This document shows, piece by piece, positions 49,758 to 62,240 of a stretch of DNA of 64,000 bases (its first letter is position 1; each line of letters begins with the position of its first letter). Origin of the DNA: Octopus vulgaris. Lineage: Eukaryota. The translations under genes and the position numbers were made by a program. A model generated the notes under the pieces. The model was not told the origin of the DNA. It saw only the letters and a program-made list of their open reading frames with translations, and searched no databases. The DNA is taken from contig OX597841.1 in the NCBI GenBank assembly GCA_951406725.2, positions 20,584,001 through 20,648,000 of the forward strand, written 5' to 3'.

Positions 49758-49825
49758 CTATGTGCAAAAAGGATAAAATACAAATGAATAATAAATTAAT
49801 ACCAATTTCATTGAGTGCAGTGTCA

Positions 49826-50202
49826 TTTATTCGTTTCAGTCATTAGAGTGCAGCCATGCTGGAGCACTGCCTTGGTGAATTTTTAGTCAAATTAATTAAC
49901 CCCAGTACTAATTTTTTTTTTAAAGCCTGCTACTTATTGTATCAGTCTTTTTTTTACCAAACTGCTAAGTTACAGGGATGCAAATATACCAGCAGCAGTG
50001 GAGGGGGAGACAAACACAAAGTGGAGTGCACATCTATAAACGATGGGCTTCTTTCAGTTTCTGTCTACCAAATCCACTCACAAGGCTTTGGTCAGCCTGA
50101 GGCTACAGAAGAAGATACTTGCCCAAGTTGCCATGCAGTGGGACTGAACCCTGAATTATGATTGGGAAGCAAGCTTCTTACCAAGCTTCTAAACCCACGC
50201 CT
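49826..50202 (-). mobile_element. SINE family 1 (diverged)
   Basis: gtttcagtcatt...gccatgctggagcac...gcagtgggactgaaccc. Confidence 0.85.
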
Positions 50203-51234
50203 ATGACTGGTATTTTATTACCACCACCCCGCCACTCTCAAGACAAGGAAATATAACATTGACCTCAGTGGGATTTGTAGAGGGTCATAATATAGAAAAC
50301 TTGTGGCTTTGTGTCACTATGCAGTCCATCACAATATTCTATTGATATTTTATTTTAACAATGCTGAGAAAATAAAAGACACATTCAACTTTGGCAGGAT
50401 TTGAACTCAGAAAGTAAAGGTATACAATTAAATATTACAAGGTATTTTCTGCAATTCTCTACTGATTCTGCCAATCTGCTGCATTCATCATCATTGTTTT
50501 AATGTCTACTTTTCCATGCTCACTTGGGTCAGATTTTCTGTTGGATGCCTTTCCTGCTTTTGCTCGTTGCCAACCCTCAACTATTTCCTAGCAAGGTAGT
50601 ATTTCCCCATGGCTAAACATCTTTTCATGCAAGATTGGAAATAAGCAACACAACTTTTTTAATGGTGACACTCATTTGTAAGTATCATGCAATGTTCAGA
50701 AAAGGACACACACACACAATGGGATTCTTTTGATGAAATCTGTTCACAAGGCTTTGGCTGACCCAGGGCAATAGCAGAAGACACTTGCCCAAAATGCCTT
50801 GCAGTGGGACTGAACTCAAAAACCATATTGGTTGCAAAACAAGCTTCTTAATAACAACAGCCATAGCTAGACACATGAAAATTCCATGTCAAATGTTGTT
50901 ATTTCCACTTTGATTCATACAGATTTTCATATTGTTTCATTATGTTTGAGATCTGAATAGTTCACGGTGTTTAAGGCTTAACACTTTAGCATATGTTGTA
51001 ATGGACAGAATAATAATCAACCCATGTTCACTTTCTGTGCTAGCATGGGTTGGATGGGTTGTTATGGTCTGAGTCAGCTCTGGCTTGGAGTCACTGGCTT
51101 CCTGGACAGGTCAACTATGAAGACCACTAGTACTTTTCAGCTTTGGCTTGTACTCTTTTTTTAACTGGTACTTTTCAGTTTTAGTTTGGCATGTACAGGA
51201 TGGAGTACAGACTGACACCAAAATTAGAGAACAT

Positions 51235-51484
51235 AGTTCTATATTTAAGAGATGAGGAATTATGTACATTATTTACATTTGCCGGATATTTGTCCTCATC
51301 TTTGTTGTTCACACAACATTTCAGCTGATATACCCTCCAGCCATCATCAGGTGTTTTGAGGAATGAGATCCCAAGTTCGAAATTTCCCAAGACACCTAAT
51401 GAAAACTGGAGGGTATATCAACCAAAATGTTGTGTGAGAAATAAACAAGATGAGGACAAATATCCATCAAATGTAAATAATGTA
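51235..51484. mobile_element. Inverted pair of hammerhead-bearing tail fragments of the 54326-54590 family
   Basis: 51264-51357 and 51388-51484 are reverse complements; 51235-51357 matches 54326-54449. Confidence 0.8.
51311..51354 (-). ncRNA. Minimal type-I hammerhead motif
   Basis: ACAC-CTGATGA-T-GGCTG-gagggtatat-CAGCT-GAAA-TG-TT-GTGT; perfect stem I ACAC/GTGT. Confidence 0.7.
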
Positions 51485-52199
51485 AAGTTGGAGAAGTTGT
51501 CATATCTTTGACAGAACTTAATGGTCTGCTCAACCTTACATCATCTCCACTCATTAGTAAAACACTATAAAGAGTGTACAGAGTACATTTTTTCATGGTA
51601 CAAGTACTAGTAAGTTTGACTTGTATCCATTAAGGCTGAAGAGTCTACACAACTCTTTGTTGTGTTCATTTGGTCACAGCACAAACTGAGGTGTGATAGG
51701 GAAGGTGAATTGTAAAGGTATTAATGATGAGACAGATGGAAGAGTGTAGCAGTGAGACTATGATGATAAAAACAGAGTAACAGGTGAGAGAGTGACAGAG
51801 GGAAAGAGTATGCCATCTTTAATTTAACTAGAAGTAGAGAGCGAGAGGATGAAAGGGAGATGTGAGAGTATCAAGAAAGAGAAAGACAGCAGATATAGAT
51901 GTGGCTGGGACTATTCAGCCATACCTTTGTGCTATACAGACCCTAAGGTAAATGCCTTCCAGCCTTCCTACCAGTTTTTAATGTTTGTTTTACCATGCTT
52001 GCAAGGGTATGGTACAAGGGTATGGCTGGAAAAATACAAACAATGTGTAAAAGAGTATCAGAACAATAATCCAGAGTAGCACTGTGCACTTGACAAATAT
52101 CTTACAAGAGGTGTTGTTGTTTAACTCCAGGCCAGTCATTGGGGTTAAACAGATTGAGCAGACATGTCTTCTCAATTGACTTCCCTCCACTCAAAAGCC

Positions 52200-52885
52200 T
52201 TCTACCAAAATAACTGGACAAAAAGCTTAGAGGCATTTCTTCTGGCTTCATGTTCTGAGCTCCAACAGCACTGAAGCAAACTTTGCCTTTTCATCCTTTC
52301 AAGGTCATATTTACCACGTAAACACTGGGATTGACATAATCAACTATCCCCTCCTGCAAATTTTCAGGCCTGAAACCTATAGTAGAAAGGGTTATTATTA
52401 CTATTTTTAGGGTGGTGGATCAGTAGAATCCATACAGCAACAGACAAAATGCTTGTGGCATTTCTCTGTTCTGGGTTTAAATCTTGCAGAAGTTAACTTT
52501 GCTTTTTCATCCCTTAGGGGTTGATAAAATAAAGTAGCAGTCATAGTACTGGGGTTGATACAATCAACTAATTCTGTCCTCTCAAGACTGTGGGCTTTGT
52601 ACCTAAATCAGAAATTATTATTATTATTATTATTATTATTAAGAACGTAAACTTGTAGAATTGTTAGCACAGTGGACAAAATGCTTAGAAGCATTTTGTC
52701 TGCTTTTACTTTCTGAGTCAAAATGCTGCTGAGGTTGATTTTGTCTTTTGGGATTGGTAAAATAACTACCCGTTTGAACACTTGACTTACTCCCCACCCC
52801 CAAAACTGCTGGCTTTGCACCAAAATTTGAAGTCATTATTATTATTAAAGCAGAAACCTGGCAGAATTGTTAACATGCTGAATAA
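52200..52885 (+). mobile_element. Tandem cluster of 3-4 SINE family 3 copies with (ATT)n spacers
   Basis: Same core as 40690-42110. Confidence 0.75.
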
Positions 52886-53252
52886 AACAACTATTCTGAC
52901 CATTTCTTTGACATGAAACACAAAAGTTGCATTGACTAAGCTAGGGTGTATGCACTGAGATGTGAAGGCTCAAATGCTGTTGCTTGGGCTCAGCAACAAA
53001 TCTAGAATTTGATCTGTAATGAACCATGTGCTCTCTGATTCCAAACGGTGTTTCAGCAGCACTTCACCAAACTCCCTTTTCAAGGAGTGGTATGCTTGAG
53101 ACAGAAAGCTTTGAGACCTACCTCGATAGTATGCCATGTCTATCAGACAAGGAGACTGAGTGATGCAAGAAACTGATTTCAGTGAAGGAAGTGGTTAGAT
53201 GTGCTGAGCTGCTGTGTGGGATGTGAATCACCAGGATTGGATGATCTTCCCT

Positions 53253-54960
53253 CATCATTATCATTTAACATCCATTGTCCATGCTGGCATAGGTTGAACA
53301 GTTTGACCAGAGCTGGTAAGCTGAGGGGCTGCACTAGACTCCAGTTTGATTTAGTAAGGTTTCTATGGTTGGATGCCCTTCCTAATACCAACCACTCCAA
53401 GAGTCTAATGGGTGCTTTTGCATGCCAGTTGTGTGACACCAGTATCTGCCATGATTACAATTTCACTTGGCTTGATGGGTCTTGTTCTCAAGCACAGCAT
53501 ACTGCCAAAGGTCTCAGTCATTTGTCATTGCCCCTGGGAGGCCCAATGCTTCAAAGGTGCTTTTTACATGCCACAGCATGGGTGCTAGTTATGCAACACC
53601 AGCATCAGCCACATTGCCTCCATGAAACAAAGTATTCGAAATATGCTTTTTACATGTTACCGGCACAGGTGCCAGTTATATGATACCGACAATGGTCATA
53701 ACTATGGCTTCATTTGGCTTAACGAGTCTTCTCAAGCATGAAAGGTGCTTTTTACGTGCCACCAGCATGGGCACCAGTTATGTGACACCAACAATGGCCA
53801 CAACTATGATTTCACTTGACAGATCTCCTCGAGCACAGCATATCGCCATAGACCTTATCCTATGTATTCCTTCTTTCACAGTTTCCCTCCACTGTTAGAG
53901 ATCAGCACTTCTTTACACAGCTGTCCACATCCATATGCATCACATGACCATACCAGTGCTGTCATCTCTCTTGCACACCACATCTGAAGCCACTTATGCC
54001 GAACTTTTCTCTTAAGACACTTATAATTTGTTATACATGCACACTGCTGTTGCACATCCAGCAAAGCATACCAGCTTCATTTCTTTCAAGCCTACGCATC
54101 TCCTCAGCTGTTACAGCCTATGTTTCACTGCTGTGGAGCAAATCTATTCGCACACAGGCATCATACAATCTGTCTTTTACTCTGAGGGAGAGGCCCTTTG
54201 TTATCAGCAGAGGTAAGAGCTCTTTGAACTTTTCCCCAGTCTATTCTTATTCTAACAGCTACACTCTCAGAGCATTCATCTCTGCTACTGACTTGGTCAC
54301 CTAGATAACAGAAGCTATCAACTACAGTTCTGTATTTAAGAGATGAGGAATTATGTACATTATTTACATTCGACAGATATTTGTCCTCATCTTGTTTGTT
54401 GTTAACATGTTTTGGCTGATACACCCTCCAGCCTTCATCAGACGCCTTGGGGAAATTTCGAACCTGGGTTCTCATTCCAAAGGTATTTTTCAATGTTATT
54501 ATTATTATTATTCAGGTCCCTACCTGGAATTGAACTCGGAATCTTGGGGTTAGTAGCCTGCGCCCTTAACCACCACGCCATATGCCCAAGAGCTATCAAT
54601 TACTTCTAGCCTTCCCCTTGGCATTTGATAGAGTCTATTTTCTGTACATTTTTAGTGTTAATTGTACCTGTGTCACTTCTACACACAAAAACCAGTTTCC
54701 CTGGTAACCTTCCTCTGATACTGAGGTACCTATAGCATGTGTCTATAGCTTGCACCAAGTACATCTTATGGAGCTTCTACCTATGCTTTTTCTACAGATC
54801 AAGCAGAGCCATCTACCTGAAGGGATTTGTGATTTGTCTGCTTACTAATACTTTGGTTTTTACTAGATCAACTCTAAGGCCCTTTGATTCTAGACCTTAC
54901 TTCCACACCTGAAATTTCTTCTCTAGTTCCAATAGTGACTCAGCTATATGAACAAGGTCT
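53253..54960 (-). mobile_element. 5'-truncated RTE family A copy (YADD region to tail), interrupted at 54326-54590
   Basis: Reverse-complement homology to 55865-57207 and 37810-39270. Confidence 0.9.
54326..54590 (-). mobile_element. 265-bp SINE-like element: tRNA head, (AAT)n, hammerhead-containing tail, 13-bp TSD
   Basis: A-box TGGCGTGGTGG, B-box GAGTTCAATTCC; CTGATGA-A-GGCTG-N10-CAGCC-AAAAC; TSD agctatcaactac (54313-54325) and agctatcaattac (54591-54603). Confidence 0.8.
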
Positions 54961-57207
54961 TGAAATGTTTTAGATTGCAAGACAGTGTGTGAGAGAAAAT
55001 TGTGATGTCATAGGAGAGAAATGTGTCGATATCGATGATGGTGCACCTGCATTTAATGATTCTGCAAAGAGAGAGGTTTGGAAATGCCATTATGAAAGAC
55101 TGCTAAATGTGGAGAATGAATGGGACGAGGAGAGTCTGCCAAATTTTGATCCAATTGAGGGACCAGCTATCTGAACTGATAGATAAAGCAATTAAGAGTA
55201 TGAAGACAGGGAAAGACCTCAGCCCATCAAGAATCACCGCCGAGATGCTTAAAATATTTGGGTGTGGGTTTTGATCTAGTCACCTGTATTGTTAATCAGG
55301 TGGTGCATGAAAGAGTCATACCTAATAACTGGTGTAGCAGCACCATAGTCAACTGCTACAAAGGTAAAGGTGACGTCTTAGATAAAAATAATTATAGTGG
55401 TATCAAATTGTTAGATCAGGTGATGAAAGTTACAGAGAGGGTCAGAGCCCAACTAATTAGGGAAAGAGTTAGTCTACATGAGATGCAGTTTGGTTTTGTG
55501 CCAGGGAGAAGTACTACTGATGCTATATTTCTGGTAAGGTAGCTCAGGAGAAATACTTAACCAAGGATAAACCTCTGTACTTGGCTTTCATTGACTTGGA
55601 GAAAGCCTTTGACACGGTCCCCTGATCCGTTATTTGGTCGTCAATGATGAAACTAGGGATAAACAAGTGGTTGGGGAAAGCTGTACAAGCCATGTACAGG
55701 GATGCTATCAGTAAGGTAAGGATTGGCAACAAGTACAGCAAAAAATTCAGAGCACAAGTAGGTGTTCACCAAGGCTCAGTCCTCAAATCCCTCTTGTTCA
55801 TTATAGTCCTCCAAGCAATAATAGAGGAATTTAAGGTGGGTTGTACTTGGGAGCTCCTCTATGCTGATGACCTTGTTCTTATAACTGAATGACCATCAAA
55901 AATAGAGAAGTTTCAGGTACAGAAGTAAGATCTAGAATGAAAGGGCCTTAGTGTTAATCTAGTAAAAACTACAGTCTTTGTAAGTAGGAAGGCAGACAAA
56001 TCACAAATCCCTTCAACCTGTAGAAAAGGCATAGGTAAAAACTCCATAAGATGTACCTGGTGTAAGCCATGGACACATAAGAGGTGCAGCAATATCAAAG
56101 GAAGGCTAACTGGGAAAATAGCTTTTGTGTTTGGAAGACACATAGGTACAATAAACACTAAAAATGTACAGAAAATAGACTCCATCAACAGCCAGTGTGG
56201 TAAGCTAGAGGTTGTAGATAGCTTCCATTATCGAGGTGATCAAGTTAGTAGCGGAGGTAGATGCTCCAAGAACATAGCTGTGAGAATAAGAATAGGCTGG
56301 GCAAAGTTCAGAGGGCTCCTGCTCCTGCTGGTAATTAAGGGCCTCTCCCTCAGAGTGAAAGGCAGATTGTTTGATACTTGTATGCAAACAGCCATGCTCC
56401 ACGGCAATGAAACATGGGATGTGACAGCTGAGGACATGCACAGGCTTGAAAGATATGAAACTAGTATGCTTCCTTGGATGTGCAATGTCAGTGTGCATGT
56501 GCGACAAAGTATAAGCATCTTGAGAGAAAAATTGGGCATAAGAGGCATCAGATGTGGTGTGCAAGAGAGGCAACTGCACTGGTATGGTCATACGATGCAC
56601 ATGGACAAAGACAGTGCTGTTCTGTAACTGTGGAGGGAACTTGTGCTGAGGTAGGCCCAGGAAGAAATGGGATGAGGTGAAGCATGGTCTTCAAACTTTG
56701 GGCTTCACAGAGGCGATGACAAGTGACTGAGACCTTTGGCAATATGCTGTGCTTGAGAAGACCTCTCAAGCCAAGTGAAATCATAGTTGTGGCCGATGCT
56801 GGTGTTATGTAACTGGCATTTAAAAAGCACCTTTTGAGTGTTGGGCCTCACAGAAGCAAAGTAGCTGATGCTGGTGGCATGTGTAAAAGCTCCTTTCGAA
56901 TGTGGGGCCACATGGAGGCAATGACAAATGACTGAGTCCTTTGGCATTATATTGTGCTTGAGAAGAAGACCCATCAAGCCGAGTGAAATTGCAGTTGTGA
57001 CAGGCACTGGTGTCACACAAATAGTACCATGCTGGTGGCACGTAAAAGCGCCCATTACACTCTCAGAATGGTTGGTGTTAGGAAGGGCATCCAGCCATAG
57101 AAACTATACCAAACCAGACTGGAGTCTGGTGCAGCCTTCCAGCTTACCAGCCCTGGTCAAACTGTCCAACCCATGCCAGCATAAACAACGGATGTTAAAT
57201 GATGATA
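54961..57207 (+). mobile_element. 5'-truncated, decayed RTE family A copy
   Basis: VIPNNWCSSTIV, QFGFVPGRSTTDAIF, GVHQGSVL, LLYADD; 3' UTR repeats and tail. Confidence 0.92.
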
Positions 57208-57229
57208 TCTGACTTGTTTGCTTCTGTTT

Positions 57230-57890
57230 TGGCAGCCGTCTACTGCACTTGGAAAAAGACTGGGAGCATCCCCAGTTGTGTGAACAGGGACTGGTGACTT
57301 AGCTGAGGAAAGCTCTGAACAAAGGGAACATGATTGAAAATTTCAGACCCATAACTCTACTCAACACTAATTTAAAGATTTTAGCTAAGGTATTCACCAA
57401 AAGGCTGACACTTATTGCCAGTTGTGTAGCTGGGATGCCCAAACCAGTGTGATCCCTGATAGGTCTATCCACAACAACCTCCACCTCATGTGATACATTG
57501 TAGAATGGAATGGGGATAGATTTAGCTCTGGAGGGACACTTGTCAAGTTGGACCAGTCCAAGGCATTTAAAAAAGGTGGACCATTGCTCTCTGGTGGCTG
57601 TCCTAAAAGATGTCAGTTTTGGTCCCACCTTCAGAGACTGGATCATCACAATATATAGTGGCATCTGTTCGGTGGTCAAATTAAATGGGCCACTTCTTAG
57701 AACCTTTCAGTATTAAATGCTAGGTTTGTCAAACATGTCCCCTTTCCCCACTTTTCTGTTTTGGCATTAGAACCTGCAAAGCCTGAAGAGTTTGAGGAAT
57801 ATTCCACTGGAACTAGATTGCAAGAGAGTCGTATCTGCATATATGAATGATGTTATTGTCAAGGTGTTGCACTCTCTGGATATAGAAACA
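57230..57890 (+). mobile_element. Tx1/L1-clade LINE RT fragment
   Basis: ENFRPITLLNTNLKILAKVFTKRL, LDQSKAF..VDH, FGPTFRDWIITIY, CPLSPL. Confidence 0.8.
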
Positions 57891-59099
57891 ATCAATAACA
57901 CTACACTATAACTTTGGTTATATCCTTAATGTTGTAGTGTCTCCCCTGGTCAATGCAAAGCCCACTTGTTTGTGTGTTGTAGCTCATCCATTGATATTGT
58001 TTGCCATGTGACCAATAAAAGTAATTATTATTATCATCATCATTATGGTAGTGAGCTAGCAGACAACACACAAATCTAATCTGAATCCCAACCTTATGAT
58101 ATATGAGTAAAGCAAGTTTCTGATTTCCTCTACCTCACACCCAAACACTCTTCCAAAGATGAAGCTACAAACCATAGAATCAGACTTGATTGAGCAACCT
58201 CAGACAAGAACCAAAACAGAACCCAAGTATCTCCAACATTTCCATTCATCCAGTAGCTTTATCTGAGCTAGAATGTGTCAGCTGGAATTCTATTGCACTA
58301 CAGAAACTGGAAGTCTATTAATATCATGTATTATTTTATAATTTATAATTTGTACCCACAAAAGTATATTTCTGTAAAATTCCAGGGGAACCACAGTCAT
58401 GCCTAATTTCCACAACATAATAGTAATCTACGCCTTCCAAAACATATCTGAAACAATTTATGGGTTGCTCCATGCAAAACCAACGCAGGTGACCAAAACT
58501 GATTTCTTTCAAACTTTGCATGCTAAATGGCCTTTATATGAAACCTTTAAATATGAAATATTTTTTACCTGACTAATGTTTGCTGAGTTATGACCGTTTG
58601 AAATTTTCAAAAAGTGACATTTTTCAGTTACTCAATAACTTTGAGAAGCCATATCTCAGCTACTATTTGAGCTAAAAAGCTCTTTTTTTATATATATTTT
58701 AAAGCATTCAAATAAATCTACAACTTTTGTTTTGTGTATTTTTTCCTCAAAGTAAAAATAAAAAAGTTGACCTAAAATTTGACCTTTGACCTTTCATAGA
58801 TCAAAAGATGCATTCCTCAATTTTATTTGAAATTCTGTTCAAATATTGCTCTACTTAGTCACAACTCACATGCAAAAGTTCATACTGGGATCTCAGTGGG
58901 AACTGTAGCTATAAGGTCTTCTATTAACTATGGTTCATGTTATACACCCTAATTAAATTACTTAATTCTTTTTTTTTTTTTAAGTTAGATATTTTAATTA
59001 ATTTCTGGTTACACAAGAAAAGTGTTCTGACCCATTTAAAAAGCATAAAACACCTATGAAAAGGGGTTTAAGATCAATAACAGCACCCTGAAAGTGAAA

Positions 59100-59650
59100 T
59101 AAACAGTTAAAAGAAAACTTCATAACATAAAAAGATCAGAAAAACTGCAAATTTTAACAATTCTGCCAAAAATCCAAAAGGAGTTCAATGTGCCTGATTA
59201 CAAGGCTGGTCAATGAGCAAAGGATTTTATCACATCCTGGCCATAGAAAAAGCACATTTCCTTAAGAAACTGCCAATTGTGTTTCTTGGTTTTATAAAAA
59301 TGAAGTAGAGCTATGCCAGGAAAAAAGGATTTCAAAAGGGTCCATGAGCGAAAGTATCCCAGACTTTGTAACTTAAAGGAAGCCTTCCAATTGTTCAAAT
59401 CAAAAAATCCTGAAATCAAACTTAACTTCTCAAAACTTGCAGAGCAAAGGCCAAAAGAATGCATACTTGCAGATAGTGCTGGTACACAGAATGTATGTGT
59501 ATGCACCATTCATCAGAATGTCAAACTAATGATTTCTGGCATGAAAGTATCTGATTTAACCAAGGATACCAAGTTTCACTTGACTGATTATAAACAATGT
59601 TTCAAATCAATTACTTCTATTCATGTAATTTGCCACAAGGGCATTACATA
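59100..59650 (+). mobile_element. DNA transposase N-terminal relic (tentatively Sola2-like)
   Basis: MPGKKD...LCNLKEAFQLFK..NP..K..FSK....RPKEC.LA...GTQNVCVCTIHQN, a motif string I associate with invertebrate transposase-like proteins; superfamily uncertain. Confidence 0.5.
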
Positions 59651-60454
59651 GATGTAGCTGCGGGCTGGACATTACATTAATGAGATAAAATGATAAACCA
59701 AATTATGATATTAATGAGAGGAGCTAAAGACGCCTGCCAATCTTCTGCTTCTCTAAAACAGAGTTCTTCAAAAAACAAAACAAGGTATTAAACCTCTTAC
59801 CTCAGTTCTTACAATTACTGGACTTAATAGTCCATTACAAATTGAGGTGCTGAGCCTCATACAAACAATAAGATACAATAAACATGTTAGGCACTAAAGC
59901 CTCTTTATCCTTCCTCCCCGACCATGCTGTATGCCTCCCACAGGCAATGCTCCAGCTCCAGGTTTGGGTCCCAGAAGGCAAACCTAAACTGGTCCTTTGG
60001 GAAGGAGTCTAACACTCTGAACATATTGACTTCCGATATGTCCTCTGTGGTCACCTATGGAAGCCAATCCGGGTCTTCAGTCCAGGGCATGGGTTCCTCC
60101 CTCCGGCCCTCAAGCTTCCTTAAGAAGCTTTGTATTGCCCCTCCCTTATGGAGGAAGATAGCAAAATCATCTCTTGTTGCTCTGGGAGGGGTCACAGTTT
60201 CCTCTTTTGGTGGCACACTTCCCACTGACAAAGTTTCAGGGCATGCAGGCAGTGTACCATCAACCACTGGCAATGTCGGGAAAGGGGGTAAGAGAAAGAC
60301 AGATAGAAAATGGTGAAGGAGGGAGGGGGAGAAAGGGAATCAGAGAAGGATAGAGGAAGAAAACAGTACAGAGTAGAGAGTTGCACAAAAAATAGGTGAA
60401 GACAAACTTACTTGGGAATGGATGCATCACACTCAAATAATTAAATAATACACG

Positions 60455-60482
<28 letters not shown>

Positions 60483-60485
<3 letters not shown>

Positions 60486-61930
60486 GATTAAAATTAGGTT
60501 GGTTAAATTTTTCCAAAACATGGGCTTAAGCATTGTTTTTGATGATGAATAACTAAAGCCAACATTCTGGATATTACCCTTAACTTATATAATGATTCAA
60601 ATTTCCCATACCATAAACTCTCAACTAATTTAAAATATATTACCTTTTTCAGTAATCATTCAAAGGCTATTACAAGGAATTTAGTTAAATATTTCACTTA
60701 GACTCTCTAGATTATCTGCAATGATAAAGCCAAATTTTATAACTCTGCTTTATTTAAAGCAGGTTTTAAAGAAAAAAATTACCTATATTAACCCTATTGA
60801 CATTAATTCTATCCCTATTAACCAGGACATAAAAACACATCATAACAGTCATAACAATATAAATTTTAGTTCAAATAACAACACTAAATCAAAAAATGTA
60901 ATTTTGCAGTGTAAGGGAGATAACTGTTCTTTATATCCCTTAATACATAATAAAAATAAGTCTACAACTTTTAAAGATAATTATTATAACAAGGTGTGTC
61001 CTAGTAAAACTGTTTGGTTGATAATTCCATATGGTAATCAGATCAAATCCAACCTCCCTTACCAGTTTTGTGAAGCTATCGATAAGAGTGTCCCAAAAAA
61101 TTAAGATACCATTCCATTATCAATTCACACTGAATTAGAATAGGGTTTTCAAACACCAAAAACCTTTCACAAATCATCTCTTTGCATAACAAGAAGTTGT
61201 TATATAGAAATACACTTAATGAAAACAATAACATTGATATTATTAACACCAACCTTTCTTTGAACAATAATAACAACAATATTAGTATTTCTGATATAAA
61301 TTCAAATCATATTCATTTCCTTAGCAGTAATTCTAAAACTAGAAACTCTGTTTATCAATGTAAAATTACGGTTCTGATGTCTTATTTTTTTTTTTACATA
61401 GGTAATTCTCCATCTGAGTTTTCCCAAAAAATATCTAACCATTACTCTACATTAAGACATATCAATAAATGCAGCAATACTGGGTTTAGTAAATTAATTT
61501 GGTCTCTAAAGGAACATAATAAACAATTTGATGTGGAATGGAATATTCTATCTAGGTCCTTTCCATAAGATAAAGGTAAATCCTTTTGTCCGCTGTAATG
61601 AAGAACAATTTCTCATCCTGTTTTCAGAGAATACTCTTGTAAACATGTTTAACCCCTTACCCAACAATTATTTTGAAAATAAATGTATTTTTTCGGACAT
61701 ATTTTTTAATTGTCTTATTTTACTATGTTTTGAATGGTGATTTCGAGGTATATTTTAAACCTTATTTATTATGAATTTTAATTCAATAATATTGATTTTA
61801 AATTACCGCTTTGGGCAGAAACGAGTTAACCCGTTTTTTTCATAAGTCATATTACTTTTACAAAAAATCATGTTATTTTATTTGGTTATCGACATGGTGG
61901 GGTTATAATATAAAGATATAAAAAAAACAA
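60483..61930 (+). mobile_element. Degenerate Penelope-like element (RT C-terminus plus GIY-YIG endonuclease), 5' end at (TA)n
   Basis: NILDITLNL...PYHK...YI..SNH; SVYQCKI...YIG...KISNHYSTLRH...TGFSKLIWSLKE...WNIL. Confidence 0.8.
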
Positions 61931-61974
61931 CGTAAAAACAAAGTGAATACTTCTATTCATAAAATGTGCCTTCC

Positions 61975-62239
61975 AACCCTTCGACTGTCTCTAGGTGACT
62001 AAATCATACTCGGTCTTCAATGCCTTACTCAAGCGAAAGGTGGCAGAAATCGTCACTGCCAGACGTATAAAGTGAGCGAATATACTCGTATATGTCAAAA
62101 AAGAGTTTATAATAGACAAAGGAACTCGTTTGCTGTCGATTTTGGCGAGTCTATCTTTTGACGAGTTAACTCGCCAGAGATAGAAAAAAACGATTTCGGT
62201 CAAAACGCATATATTCGTTTCTGCCGGGTAAGGGGTTAA
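61975..62239. mobile_element. piggyBac-type MITE (CpG-rich)
   Basis: Begins aacccttcg, ends gtaaggggTTAA; internal gcgagtNNa/actcgc repeats. Confidence 0.5.
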
Positions 62240-62240
62240 A

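Noticed and set aside
49522-49767. ORF-track protein MHIGQILHW... over the centrin exon
   Set aside because: Wrong frame; the spliced centrin frame explains the sequence
59801-59860. Candidate centrin exon 1 (ATG AGG CTC...ACT GAG|gtaaga, minus strand)
   Set aside because: Its ATG frame ends in phase 0 but the next exon needs phase 2, and the phase-2 frame has stops; it could at most be a non-coding or alternative exon
61730-61835. Possible hammerhead downstream of the 60.5-61.9 kb Penelope ORF (GAAACGAGTTAAC)
   Set aside because: No recognisable CTGANGA half or stems
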